The notes under the pieces are model-generated. The model saw only the letters and a program-made list of their open reading frames with translations. It was not told the DNA's origin and ran no database searches. Positions 1-8,627 of a stretch of DNA of 21,823 nt are shown here, piece by piece. The number at the start of each line of letters is the position of its first letter. The stretch's first letter is position 1. The DNA is taken from the NCBI GenBank assembly GCA_038883795.1, contig JAVZLK010000025.1, forward strand, positions 1 to 21,823, in the 5' to 3' direction. Source of the DNA: Candidatus Bathyarchaeia archaeon (GTDB lineage Archaea; Thermoproteota; Bathyarchaeia; Bathyarchaeales; Bathycorpusculaceae). Both the position numbers and the translations under genes were made by a program.

Positions 1-2
1 AA

Positions 3-188
3 AATTCCCTTGAAACTCGGACAAGGAGGTCCGGAGGTATAGTTGGTTGCTATTTTTTGTCGAATTTTTTAGGCGGCTTCCTATCAGAGCTGCTTAGCAG
101 AAATATTGCTGTGAAAGAGCGGAAATGCGCCTCTCTTGAGGGTAAAACATGCGAGTTTGAGTTTCAACCATCTCAGAGCGGGGAATAA
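3..188 (+). CDS. C-terminal part of a V4R (4-vinyl reductase) domain protein, truncated by the window edge
   Basis: Not in the ORF track. Frame +3 reads NSLETRTRRSGGIVGCYFLSNFLGGFLSELLSRNIAVKERKCASLEGKTCEFEFQPSQSGE*, matching the V4R pattern C..(G)..G...E..C......CEF. Stop is 5 bp before the next ATG. Confidence 0.8.
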   Translation, partial: NSLETRTRRSGGIVGCYFLSNFLGGFLSELLSRNIAVKERKCASLEGKTCEFEFQPSQSGE

Positions 189-193
189 CGGCA

Positions 194-1153
194 ATGAATT
201 TTAGCGACCCGCTTAATGATAGGCGTGTTCAAGCCCTTCTCAACAAATTTATGAGCGGGAAGGTTAAAGCCCTAACTCCACTTTTTGATTTGAAAAAGGT
301 GCTTGTTTATCCAGAGGTTGAAGAAATAGTCGGGGATTCGGAAAGCGCGGAACAGTTTTTATCAAAGCTTCATGAATGCGGAATTTTGAAGCGGGAGCTT
401 TACGATAAGATCGTATGTTGTCCAAAATGTGAATCCGTAAATGTTTCCATTCTCTACTCCTGCCCTTTCTGCGGGTCTTTTGATATTGAGAGAAGCTCCC
501 TTATTGAACATGTTAAGTGCGGATACATGGATGTTGAAGAGAAATTCCGCAACAAGGATGGGCTTATCTGCCCTAAATGTGGGCGCAAATTAGCTGAGAT
601 AGATGTTGACTTCAGAAGAGCGGGTGTCTGGTGCACATGCAACAAATGCGGGAAAAGCTTTGACATACCAGTTCCAAGACACTTCTGCAGAAACTGCCAA
701 ACAAAATTCACATTTGAAGACGCCAAACTAAAAGATGCCTACACATACAGCCTAAACGAGGACGTGGTCAAAACCGTGGCAATGGACTGGGCTATTTTAG
801 CCCCTATTGGAAAACTGTTGGAAGACAGAGGCTTCAAAGTGGAGATTCCAGGATTTGTTGAAGGCCGCTCCGGAGTTAGACACATGTTCGACATGATTGC
901 CTACAACAATGGAAGAAAACCCTACAAAGTAGCCATCAACATCTCAACATCAACAGACGAGAAACCACTCCAAGAACAGGCCATAATAGACATGTTCGCA
1001 AAAGCCTACGACTCAAACATCGAAAAGACGATCCTAATAGCCATGCCAAAAATAGGCGAAAACGGGAAAAGACTCGCAAACCTATACAAAATCCGCATAG
1101 TAGAAGCCAAAAACCCAGAAGAAGCATTAGAAAAAGTAAAAGACTCACTATAA
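194..1153 (+). CDS. TackOD1 (Thaumarchaeal output domain 1)-type multi-Zn-ribbon protein with C-terminal restriction-endonuclease-like (Mrr-like) domain
   Basis: CPKC, CPFC, HVKCG, CPKC, CNKC, CRNC Zn ligands in TackOD1 spacing. C-terminal 'GRSGVRHMFDMIA...IIDMFAKAYD...ILIAMP' resembles Mrr-like folds. Confidence 0.8.
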   Translation: MNFSDPLNDRRVQALLNKFMSGKVKALTPLFDLKKVLVYPEVEEIVGDSESAEQFLSKLHECGILKRELYDKIVCCPKCESVNVSILYSCPFCGSFDIERSSLIEHVKCGYMDVEEKFRNKDGLICPKCGRKLAEIDVDFRRAGVWCTCNKCGKSFDIPVPRHFCRNCQTKFTFEDAKLKDAYTYSLNEDVVKTVAMDWAILAPIGKLLEDRGFKVEIPGFVEGRSGVRHMFDMIAYNNGRKPYKVAINISTSTDEKPLQEQAIIDMFAKAYDSNIEKTILIAMPKIGENGKRLANLYKIRIVEAKNPEEALEKVKDSL

Positions 1154-1165
1154 CCTTACATAACG

Positions 1166-1336
1166 CTAAATGGATCCCTTCTTCACAATAGCATAACAAG
1201 ATTTACACAAATAATAATCAACAACAGACTTCAACTCACCAGCCTCACGATCCAAAACCTACTTATAAACGGGAACAGCCTCACCCTCAGAAAGCTCTCT
1301 ACCACACATAAAACAAACCCTCTTCTTCACTACCAT
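1166..1336 (-). pseudogene. Small CxxC..CxxC zinc-finger gene with an in-frame amber stop; paralog of 6827..7000
   Basis: MVVKKRVCFMCGRELSEGEAVPVYK*VLDREAGELKSVVDYYLCKSCYAIVKKGSI. TAG at 1259-1261 where the paralog has GAG (Glu). GAGGGG SD upstream. 41/51 aligned residues identical to the paralog. Confidence 0.85.
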
Positions 1337-1492
1337 TCTAATGCTCCCCTCAGGATAAACCCGTATTTGAAATTTTAAAAGAATCACCATCTAATAAAAC
1401 CTACCAATTCCCTTCTACATCTCCTTTAAAAATCCAATGGACACATTTGTCAAGACAAACTTTATTGTTCTGTTAGTGAGACTAAAAGAACT
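1178..1492 (+). repeat. Diverged direct-repeat copy of 6845..7157 (Zn-finger gene, upstream region and recombination site)
   Basis: Shared blocks include CCACACATAAAACAAACCCT, CTAATAAAACCTACCAAT, AACTTTATTGTTCT and GACTAAAAGAA. Similarity stops right after the site's right arm. Confidence 0.9.
1466..1492 (+). repeat. dif/lox-like site, degenerate (5-bp spacer)
   Basis: TGTTCTGTTAG-TGAGA-CTAAAAGAACT; positional counterpart of the site at 7130, with 1 bp lost from the spacer. Confidence 0.75.
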
Positions 1493-1910
1493 AATTAAGC
1501 AAAACATTTAGGATTAGCTTCTCAATCCCCCTTTCTATAAAGTAGGTAACTTTGGTTTGCACGTGGAAGCCTCAGACTTTGATTATATGGATCTTCCAAA
1601 GTTGGGTTTGTGACATTTTCGTTTTGACATATTTCGATGGCGGTAATAAATATCTTATACAATACTCTTTCAGGTAGCACCATGGAAAAGGATAAAAAGA
1701 ATCATGTATTCCCGGTCGAGAAGAAGTTAGCTGACCTTGAACACAGCCTGAAATTGCTGAATGCGTCAGTAACAGTTACTCATACTCCATTGCGGACCCT
1801 AAAAAGCATGGTTAAAGGCAATATGGTTCAACCTATAATAGAAAAAATAGTGACAATCTCTAGATTGTAGGTTAGTTTGTAGTATTCACCGATTATTTTG
1901 TTTGTTCTTT

Positions 1911-3638
1911 TTATCTGTGAGCCTTTCTGTGAAGTGCGATTATGGCGTAGGCCACAGTTATTATGGCTGCCACAATTATCGTCATTAGTAGTAAGAATCC
2001 TGCCGTCGTCCATATTGCCGGTGGGAAGTTTGTTAAAATTAGATTCTTTGAAGTTGATGCAGATACGGTGGCTGATGCTGTGACGCTTGATTTAATTGTC
2101 GTTAGCCAATAGTCAGCTGCATAGTAGGCTTCTATTCTGTATGTTCCAGATGGCAACTTAAAGATGGCTCTTCCTGCTGAGTCTGTTATGTTAAGGCCGT
2201 ATCCTACCCCTGACTGGGTGTAGACGATGACGTATGCTCCGCGAATAGGTGAACCGTCGTTCCCAAAAACATTAACTGTTAACTGGAAAACTTGGGTGCT
2301 TATTGTGTATGGTCCATTTGAATCAACATAAATTGTTGTTTGCTTAACTATCAGGTCCTTCCATAAGATTGTAAATCCATAGTTCCCAGCTGGAACCTGC
2401 GTTAGGTTGATAAACCCTTCAATTGTGGTGTAACGGGGCAGAATGTCTGTTGTGCCGTTTCTCCATGTGATGTAAACTTGTGCGTTGGGCAATGGTTCGC
2501 CAACATCATCTGTTATTAAAAATGCGGGATCATAATATACGATGATTCCCATGGTAAATATGTGCGTTTCTTCTTCGATAAATGGATAGTATGTTCCACT
2601 CTCATTAAAGTGGTGATATCCATTGTTATCGATGACCGATACGATGACCGTGTAGTTGCCTAAAGAGGCTGTCGTTGGGTAAGACCAGTTCATTTCAAAA
2701 ACATTAGAATATTTTATGAACCATATGTCATCTGACACTCTTGTCATATCATCGTTATCTATGACATGGTTTCCTTCGGGGTCAACTATGGTTAAGTTCA
2801 CCTTGTGTATGTCGTATCCTCCGAATGGATCAGTAACATTGGCACGAACTATTACTATGCGCTCACTTTCGCTTGCATTGTAGTAGAATAGGTTTGTTTC
2901 AGAGTTATCTACAGAGTAGGTTTTAATCCATGCTGGTCTTGCGTAGTCCTCAGCTGGTAGAATAACCTTGCTCGGGAATAGGGGTGAATCATACCATATT
3001 CTTGTGTCGGCTGAAGAACCGGCGTTAACCTCAACCTCAACAAGGAGCGTTGAGTCAGGGCTAAAAGTGTGGGCAAGCGACGTAGATAAGTTGTAGCAGT
3101 ATGTGGGAACATCTACATAGGCGCCTATGCTGCTTACCACAAAAGGGTTTATGACTCCTGAGTCCCACAGAACATCCCCGCCGACAGTTATCTCTTTAAA
3201 CTCGAGCGTGAAGGTTGCTGGTTTGTAGGCTGAAGCATTCGCCCAAATAAACACTTGCCATGAACCATTAAACGTCACTGACCCTGCCAAGTTCGGATAT
3301 AGGTAGAAGTCGACGTCTATTTTTGGCAACCCTATAGGCTTATAGAAAGAATTGGCATAGGCTTCTTGAAGCGTTAAAAAGCTAAAAAGCCTCGTCGTAT
3401 TAATGACATATTTCGTCTGCAAACCCGCAACGGAAACAGGGGCATCGCTGTAATGAAGGTAGAATTCCATAGGCTTAGCTGCGCCGGAATATGTCGCCCC
3501 GCCGATCGGAACCATACTAAAGAGGATCATGGCTGATAGAATCAATTCAACGGCAATTAACAGAGAGCATATGCTTCTAAATCTGATTCCGAGCCTCAAT
3601 AAATAACACCATTTGCAAGAAATGCATATAACCGGCAA
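1911..3638 (-). CDS. Cell-surface/secreted glycoprotein with carboxypeptidase-regulatory-like beta-sandwich repeats and a C-terminal membrane anchor
   Basis: Hydrophobic N-terminal signal (true start probably ~13-40 codons downstream), many N-x-S/T sequons, two 'D..G.P..gA.V.....T...G.....lP.G.Y' repeats, C-terminal TM helix plus basic tail HRKAHR. Confidence 0.75.
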   Translation of the reverse strand: MPVICISCKWCYLLRLGIRFRSICSLLIAVELILSAMILFSMVPIGGATYSGAAKPMEFYLHYSDAPVSVAGLQTKYVINTTRLFSFLTLQEAYANSFYKPIGLPKIDVDFYLYPNLAGSVTFNGSWQVFIWANASAYKPATFTLEFKEITVGGDVLWDSGVINPFVVSSIGAYVDVPTYCYNLSTSLAHTFSPDSTLLVEVEVNAGSSADTRIWYDSPLFPSKVILPAEDYARPAWIKTYSVDNSETNLFYYNASESERIVIVRANVTDPFGGYDIHKVNLTIVDPEGNHVIDNDDMTRVSDDIWFIKYSNVFEMNWSYPTTASLGNYTVIVSVIDNNGYHHFNESGTYYPFIEEETHIFTMGIIVYYDPAFLITDDVGEPLPNAQVYITWRNGTTDILPRYTTIEGFINLTQVPAGNYGFTILWKDLIVKQTTIYVDSNGPYTISTQVFQLTVNVFGNDGSPIRGAYVIVYTQSGVGYGLNITDSAGRAIFKLPSGTYRIEAYYAADYWLTTIKSSVTASATVSASTSKNLILTNFPPAIWTTAGFLLLMTIIVAAIITVAYAIIALHRKAHR

Positions 3639-3800
3639 TTAAACATTGTTAACTGCTAATATGAATTGATGATTCACATTCTTCTCCGTTATTTCTGAAA
3701 CGCTTCCTTTAAGCATATATCGTCACGGAACTGATTGAGTATATGAATTGTGACTCTGCAACGCTTAACTATTTCAATTAAGGAAATTTAAAAGACCAAA

Positions 3801-5006
3801 ATGTTAGGTTGCACCAGAGCTCTTATAACTTTAACAGCGCTCTTGTTGATATGTGTATTTCTCACCAGAGGACTAGTCGCTTTCGCCGTGGATACGCTTA
3901 ATGATCCTTTAGTTATGTATCAGTGGGGTTGGCTGAGAATCCATTGCGATCAGGCATATGAAACTGGTTGGCATGGATCAAGTGTCATCGTTGCCGTGCT
4001 TGATACGGGAGTGGACACCGAGCACCCTGATCTTAAGGATAATTTGGTTGAAGGCTATAATTTTGTTGATAAAAATAACGATGTAACTGATTTGGATGGA
4101 CATGGGACCATGGTGGCTGGCATAATTGCTGCCGTAGCCAACAATAGTATGGGCATTGTGGGGGTGGCGCCACAAGTGAAGATAATGCCATTAAAAGTGT
4201 TGACAAGCGAAGGGGGCAACTGGGTTGACCTTGATTTGGCAATACTGTATGCGGCTAACCATGGCGCAAAAATAATCACAATGAGCCTTGGAGGAAAATA
4301 CTCGCTCCTTGGAGCCGCTACCGAAGCGGCTATAAAATACGTCTACCAGCAAGGCTGTGTATTAATTGCTGCAGCGGGAAACGACAACAGCAGCGATCCC
4401 TTTTATCCAGCAGCCTACGACGAAGTCATAGCAGTTTCAGCCATCGACCAAAACGATACAAAAGCCTCATTTAGCAATTACGGCAACTACATTGACCTAT
4501 GCGCTCCTGGAGTAAACATCATCTCAACTGCATTAAATGGAACATATGCTTATGGAAGCGGGACATCATTCGCTGCACCATTCGTCGCTGGCGTCGCCGC
4601 ATTGCTGCTCTCTAAAAATCCTGACCAGACGCCGCAAAATGTTGCAGAAACCCTATACAACCAAGCAGAAGACCTAGGCGAGAACAGCTGGGATCCATAT
4701 TACGGATGGGGATTAGTTGACGCCTATTCAGCAGTTTCGCAGCCGCCTATTCCGGAATTTCCAAACCTATTCTTTTTCATTCCTGTTTTAATCCTCATAA
4801 TTATTGTAACAGAGCAAGCCAAGCAAAAAATGCCCCTACGTTTATCAGACACACGGTTTACTTCCCTCTTTGACTCCCGCCTTCTGTGGCTACATTTAGG
4901 AAAAACATCAAAAATGCGCCTATTATGCCTTTTAATCTTCTTAGGTATAGGACGAGAACACACTTCGGACAAAAATTTCATGTGTGGACGCACCGCTCTT
5001 GTTTAA
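3801..5006 (+). CDS. S8 subtilisin-family serine protease with PEF-CTERM-like sorting signal
   Basis: Catalytic motifs VLDTGVD, HGTMVAG, AAAGND, GTSFAAP. N-terminal signal peptide. IPEFP followed by a hydrophobic helix near the C-terminus. Confidence 0.93.
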   Translation: MLGCTRALITLTALLLICVFLTRGLVAFAVDTLNDPLVMYQWGWLRIHCDQAYETGWHGSSVIVAVLDTGVDTEHPDLKDNLVEGYNFVDKNNDVTDLDGHGTMVAGIIAAVANNSMGIVGVAPQVKIMPLKVLTSEGGNWVDLDLAILYAANHGAKIITMSLGGKYSLLGAATEAAIKYVYQQGCVLIAAAGNDNSSDPFYPAAYDEVIAVSAIDQNDTKASFSNYGNYIDLCAPGVNIISTALNGTYAYGSGTSFAAPFVAGVAALLLSKNPDQTPQNVAETLYNQAEDLGENSWDPYYGWGLVDAYSAVSQPPIPEFPNLFFFIPVLILIIIVTEQAKQKMPLRLSDTRFTSLFDSRLLWLHLGKTSKMRLLCLLIFLGIGREHTSDKNFMCGRTALV

Positions 5007-5095
5007 CACCTATTATTATTGGATTTATCTCCAAAACTCTTTTGTGTGCAGAATAAAGGATATATGTGTCAAAATATTGTGGTTTATTGGTGTTT

Positions 5096-5341
5096 ATGAT
5101 GGTGGAGGCTTTTGTGCTTGTTCGTGTGGGTTCAAGTGAAGCGCTGAATTTCATGAAGACTGTTAAGGAGGAGGTTCGCAAAATTGAAGGTGTGAAAGAA
5201 ATTTTCGGAGTTTTCGGTCGCTATGACTTTGTTGTTAGGGTTGAAGCTAGGACGCTTGAAGAATTAGGCAATCTTGTTACGGACAAGATAAGGGGCATTA
5301 ACGGAGTATTAACTACGGAGACCCTCGTAATAGGCTTCTGA
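5096..5341 (+). CDS. Stand-alone Lrp/AsnC ligand-binding (RAM) domain protein
   Basis: MVEAFVLVRV...GVKEIFGVFGRYDFVVRVEA..LEELGNLVTDKIRGINGVLTTETLV is the typical stand-alone AsnC-family pattern. Start placed at ATG 5096/5099. Confidence 0.9.
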   Translation: MMVEAFVLVRVGSSEALNFMKTVKEEVRKIEGVKEIFGVFGRYDFVVRVEARTLEELGNLVTDKIRGINGVLTTETLVIGF

Positions 5342-5433
5342 AAATACAATTATTGACCCAAACAATCACCCATGATCTTCTAATATTCTGGGATCTGGAT
5401 TGCTGTTTTCCGTAAGCCACTTTTTCTTAGATA

Positions 5434-5924
5434 TCAGCTGATAGGTTGCTCGCCTGACATTCCTTGTTTGTTTAGAAGTCGTGTTCTTTGTGCCAGTTCT
5501 TTGTCTCCTAGGAATTCAAACCATTTTTCAAAGTCTCCTCTTAAAAAGTGAAATCTGACGGATTGCTTGTCGATTGTTTTTATTTTTTCGCAGAAATCCT
5601 GTAGGCTGATTGCAGAGGTGCCAGTATAGTTTCCTATTCCTGTGAAAAAGTGGAAGGCTTTTTCCAATGGCAGAGGCGAAACGATCTTTTGCGCTAGCTG
5701 GATAGTTAACAGCGGGAACCCTAGCAGTTCCCTGCCGGACTGTGTTATACTGTAATAACCTTTCCGTTTAGATTCAACATAACCCATCTTTTCCAATTCG
5801 TTGATATGCATCGCTATAACTTGATATTTTAAATTCAGCTTTTTGAAATGTCTGCAGCTTGAATGGGAGCAGCCTCCTTCCACAACTCCTCTAGAATATC
5901 CTTCTTAACCCTACTCAACGACAT
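5434..5924 (-). pseudogene. Winged-helix + DUF5752-like protein, frameshifted
   Basis: ATG 5924 reads MSLSRVKKDILEELWKEAAPIQAADISK then stops. Adding one A to the A5 run (5840-5844) joins it to KLNLKYQVIAMHINELEKMGYV (wHTH) and AFHF..G..A.SLQDF..FHFLRGDFEKW..LGD.ELA (DUF5752). The C-terminus also looks shifted near 5445. Confidence 0.75.
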
Positions 5925-6034
5925 GAAACAAGCCTCTAGAAGATTCTTCTAGTGTTCAAACTATTTTAGCCTTATTTTTCCGAGGGATAAATTAAAGATG
6001 GTTGACGCTATTCTGTTTGTGAGGGAGGCAAGGC

Positions 6035-6774
6035 ATGACAAAAGTTGTCGGGATAATTGGATGCGGTGCGATTGGCACGGTGATTGCAAAAGCAATAGAC
6101 AACAAAATCGTGAACTGCGATAGACTTGTTCTATATGATGTTGTAAATGAGAAGGCTGAAAGGCTTGGAAAGTCGCTGTCCCTTGAAACTGTTATTGTCA
6201 AAAGCGTTGACGAGATGATTGGGCTTAATCCTAGAGTCATAGTTAAAGCAGCCTCTCAACAAGCCGTTCGCGAATATGCAAATAAAATCCTAAACAGTAA
6301 TATTCACCTCATCGTCTTAAGCGTAGGCGCACTGTTAAATCTGAATTTGAAAAGCAGCAAAATTCACATACCCTCAGGCGCCATAGGAGGCTTAGATGCA
6401 ATTTCAGCTGCTCCTTGGCTGGAATAAGCGAAGCTATTTTAATTACGAGAAAGAATCCGCGTTCGCTTGGAAGAAGCGACAAAAGTGAAAAAATTGTTTA
6501 CGAAGGCTCTGCAGAAGAAGCGGTAAAACTTTATCCAGAGAACATTAATGTGGCCGCCACACTAGGCCTAGCAGTGCAGCCAGCAAAACTGAAAGTCAGA
6601 ATAATCTCTGACCCAAAAGTTACAAGAAATGTTCACGAAATTGAAATCATATGGAGGCATGGCGAAATGCGCTTCAAATTTGTAAATGAAACGCATCCAG
6701 AGAATCCAAAAACAAGTGCCCTCGCAGCATGGTCAGCCATAAACACGCTAAAGAATCTGCTGAAAGAAAACTAA
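6035..6774 (+). pseudogene. nadX: L-aspartate dehydrogenase split by a 1-bp frameshift
   Basis: GIIGCGAIG Rossmann motif, LSVGAL, PSGAIGGLDA, TRKNP, YPENINVAATL, NVHEI, NPKTSALAA. Frames 6035..6427 and 6415..6774 join if one T is restored at ~6412 (AAS-LAGI). Confidence 0.9.
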
Positions 6775-6826
6775 TTGCTTCAACTATTCTTAACGTTATT
6801 GCAAATCAATGCTGCTCTATAATGAA

Positions 6827-7000
6827 TCAACTGAGGCTTTTTGTCTTCTTCATGATAGCATAACATGATTTGCAAAGGTAATGTTCTACAACAGGCTTCA
6901 ACTCGCCTGTTTCACGGTCTAAGACCTCCTTATAAACAGGGTTAGCTTCACCCTCCGGAATTTCCTTCCCACACATAAAACAAACCCTTTTCTTCACCAT
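6827..7000 (-). CDS. Small zinc-finger protein (CFMC...CKSC), 57 aa
   Basis: MVKKRVCFMCGKEIPEGEANPVYKEVLDRETGELKPVVEHYLCKSCYAIMKKTKSLS. Start set at ATG 7000 by comparison with the paralog at 1336. Confidence 0.8.
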   Translation of the reverse strand: MVKKRVCFMCGKEIPEGEANPVYKEVLDRETGELKPVVEHYLCKSCYAIMKKTKSLS

Positions 7001-7129
7001 TCCACCACATTCCTCAGCATAAACCCATTTAAAATTTAAAAAGAAACACCAACTAATAAAACCTACCAATCCTTCTCTATATTCCGTTAAAAGAAATTTA
7101 AAGGGCGTATCTGCTATGTCGAACTTTAT

Positions 7130-7157
7130 TGTTCTCTTAACGATGACTAAAAGAATA
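7130..7157 (+). repeat. dif/lox-like site, spacer CGATGA
   Basis: TGTTCTCTTAA-CGATGA-CTAAAAGAATA. Confidence 0.85.
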
Positions 7158-7194
7158 TTTATTTTTTGACTGAACTTATATTAAGAGGGACAAG

Positions 7195-7494
7195 ATGGAT
7201 TTATTGTTGCTACTTTGCATACTTCTGTTTATCGCCTTCTCGTTCCTTTATGTCGCTTATCATCGTCTTAAAAAATATGCCAAAAATTGCGAGGAACAAA
7301 TTAGGAGGAGAGACGAGGTCATACGGGAAAATGATAGAAAGTTAAAAATTATGGAAAGAAAGTTAAAAGAAAAGGAGAAGCTGGTTAAACAATATCAACC
7401 TTATTATTTGAAGTATCTTGAAGAGGAAGAGCGACGGGAAGAGGAGGAATATAGAAGGCGCATACAGCGTGTTAGGGATGCCGAGGTGTTGTAA
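7195..7494 (+). CDS. Hypothetical membrane-anchored coiled-coil protein
   Basis: N-terminal TM helix followed by an E/K/R-rich helical tail. GAGGG SD upstream. Confidence 0.75.
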   Translation: MDLLLLLCILLFIAFSFLYVAYHRLKKYAKNCEEQIRRRDEVIRENDRKLKIMERKLKEKEKLVKQYQPYYLKYLEEEERREEEEYRRRIQRVRDAEVL

Positions 7495-7522
7495 TCTTTG
7501 GTGGATTTGTGTTTGTCCGTAA

Positions 7523-7888
7523 TTGATATGGTTTAAAGGTGAAAGGTCGGAATGGGCAGAGGAAGCTATTGTGGCTTGGGAAGAAAAGAGAAGAAAAGCT
7601 TTGGTCAATGCGACTCTGTTTTATGCTGTTTCTGGTGTTCAAAATGGAGCCATAAAAGCGGCGGACCATGTGAATGGTTGCGCTTTTTTGTCTGAAGGGT
7701 GGGAATGGAAAATTTGCGATTTGCGCTGTAAAAAATCCGGAGTTACCATGAAGAAGAGCCCTTTAGAGTGTGCCCATTTGAACACAATTCTAATTCCCAT
7801 TTTTAATGTGAGGGGGGAGCCTCGCAGAGTTGTTAAAAAATGCGTTGAATGTGGCGAAATATTGGAAACTGAGAGTATTGGTCGCTGA
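7523..7888 (+). CDS. Hypothetical protein, possible Zn-binding C-terminus (CAH...CVEC)
   Basis: 121-aa ORF co-directional with the previous gene; Cys/His pairs. Confidence 0.6.
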   Translation: MIWFKGERSEWAEEAIVAWEEKRRKALVNATLFYAVSGVQNGAIKAADHVNGCAFLSEGWEWKICDLRCKKSGVTMKKSPLECAHLNTILIPIFNVRGEPRRVVKKCVECGEILETESIGR

Positions 7889-7920
7889 AAGTAAAACTTG
7901 TAGAATTTAATCTTAATAAA

Positions 7921-8451
7921 TTACTCTTTCTTATTAAGCACAACTAAGCCTTTCTTTTTAGCTATGAAGATTAAACGGGATTCTATATTCTTAAGCTCCT
8001 TTTTTGATGAACTTTGTTGAAGTGAAAAAGATATAATAACTGGCTCCTTCATTTTGATCACGAAGTTTGGTCCAGATCGTTGATGTTGAAAAGGCTCAAA
8101 CCATGCATTAACCCATAAGCTATGATCTTGATCATCATATCGTTTTGTGCCTAATATTTCACATGCCAAGCCTCTTAGGTGATAAGCATGAGACCTTTTC
8201 CATCTACCACCCACCTGTTTTGAAATTCCAAAATAAAAGTAATTTTCAGATATGCGTCTGGCAACGTAAATGTGAGGCGAATTTTTGACTAGATCATACG
8301 CTTCTTTAGCCCTTTCAGAAAGAAAGAATCCTTTCTCATCAAAAATAGCGAGAAGAGGCTGCTCTGGTAAAGTCTTGAAAAGAGGAACAGGATTTGCCAA
8401 AGCTAACTTCCATAATTGAACATCATTAATCTTGAACAATTTCCCTTGCAT
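7921..8451 (-). CDS. Putative GIY-YIG superfamily nuclease
   Basis: HIYVARR..YFYFGIS...RWKRSH...IESRLI...LNK matches the GIY-YIG motif order (IY, YxG, R, H, E, N). The ORF could start at 8475. Confidence 0.6.
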   Translation of the reverse strand: MQGKLFKINDVQLWKLALANPVPLFKTLPEQPLLAIFDEKGFFLSERAKEAYDLVKNSPHIYVARRISENYFYFGISKQVGGRWKRSHAYHLRGLACEILGTKRYDDQDHSLWVNAWFEPFQHQRSGPNFVIKMKEPVIISFSLQQSSSKKELKNIESRLIFIAKKKGLVVLNKKE

Positions 8452-8527
8452 ACAGGTCGCATAGAACAAAAACATGGTGATTATTATAACGTTTATTATT
8501 ATGAATCTCTACACGGCTTAGTAGAGA

Positions 8528-8554
8528 TGTTCTGTTAGAAACATTAATGGAATA
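8528..8554 (+). repeat. dif/lox-like site, GA(A)ACA-class spacer, 1 bp short
   Basis: TGTTCTGTTAG-AAACA-TTAATGGAATA. Confidence 0.75.
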
Positions 8555-8627
8555 GCACATTTATATGGCGGAACATTTTTACAAAAAAGTTTTATGAGTA
8601 AACTTAGCTTTAATTTTGGGATAAATT

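Noticed and set aside
1637-1870. 77-aa ORF on the + strand
   Set aside because: No recognisable motif. It could be a small real gene from ATG 1682, but I cannot support it.
4724-4993. Basic 89-aa minus-strand ORF overlapping the protease tail
   Set aside because: Antisense to the PEF-CTERM region with no family match; probably a shadow ORF.
6009-6019. TATTCTGTTTG arm-like sequence upstream of nadX
   Set aside because: No right arm; compatible with chance in AT-rich DNA.
7080-7108. TATTCCGTTAA-AAGAAAT-TTAAAGGGCGT as an extra site
   Set aside because: Good left arm, but a 7-bp spacer and poor right arm, and poorly conserved in the 1420 copy; at most a half site.
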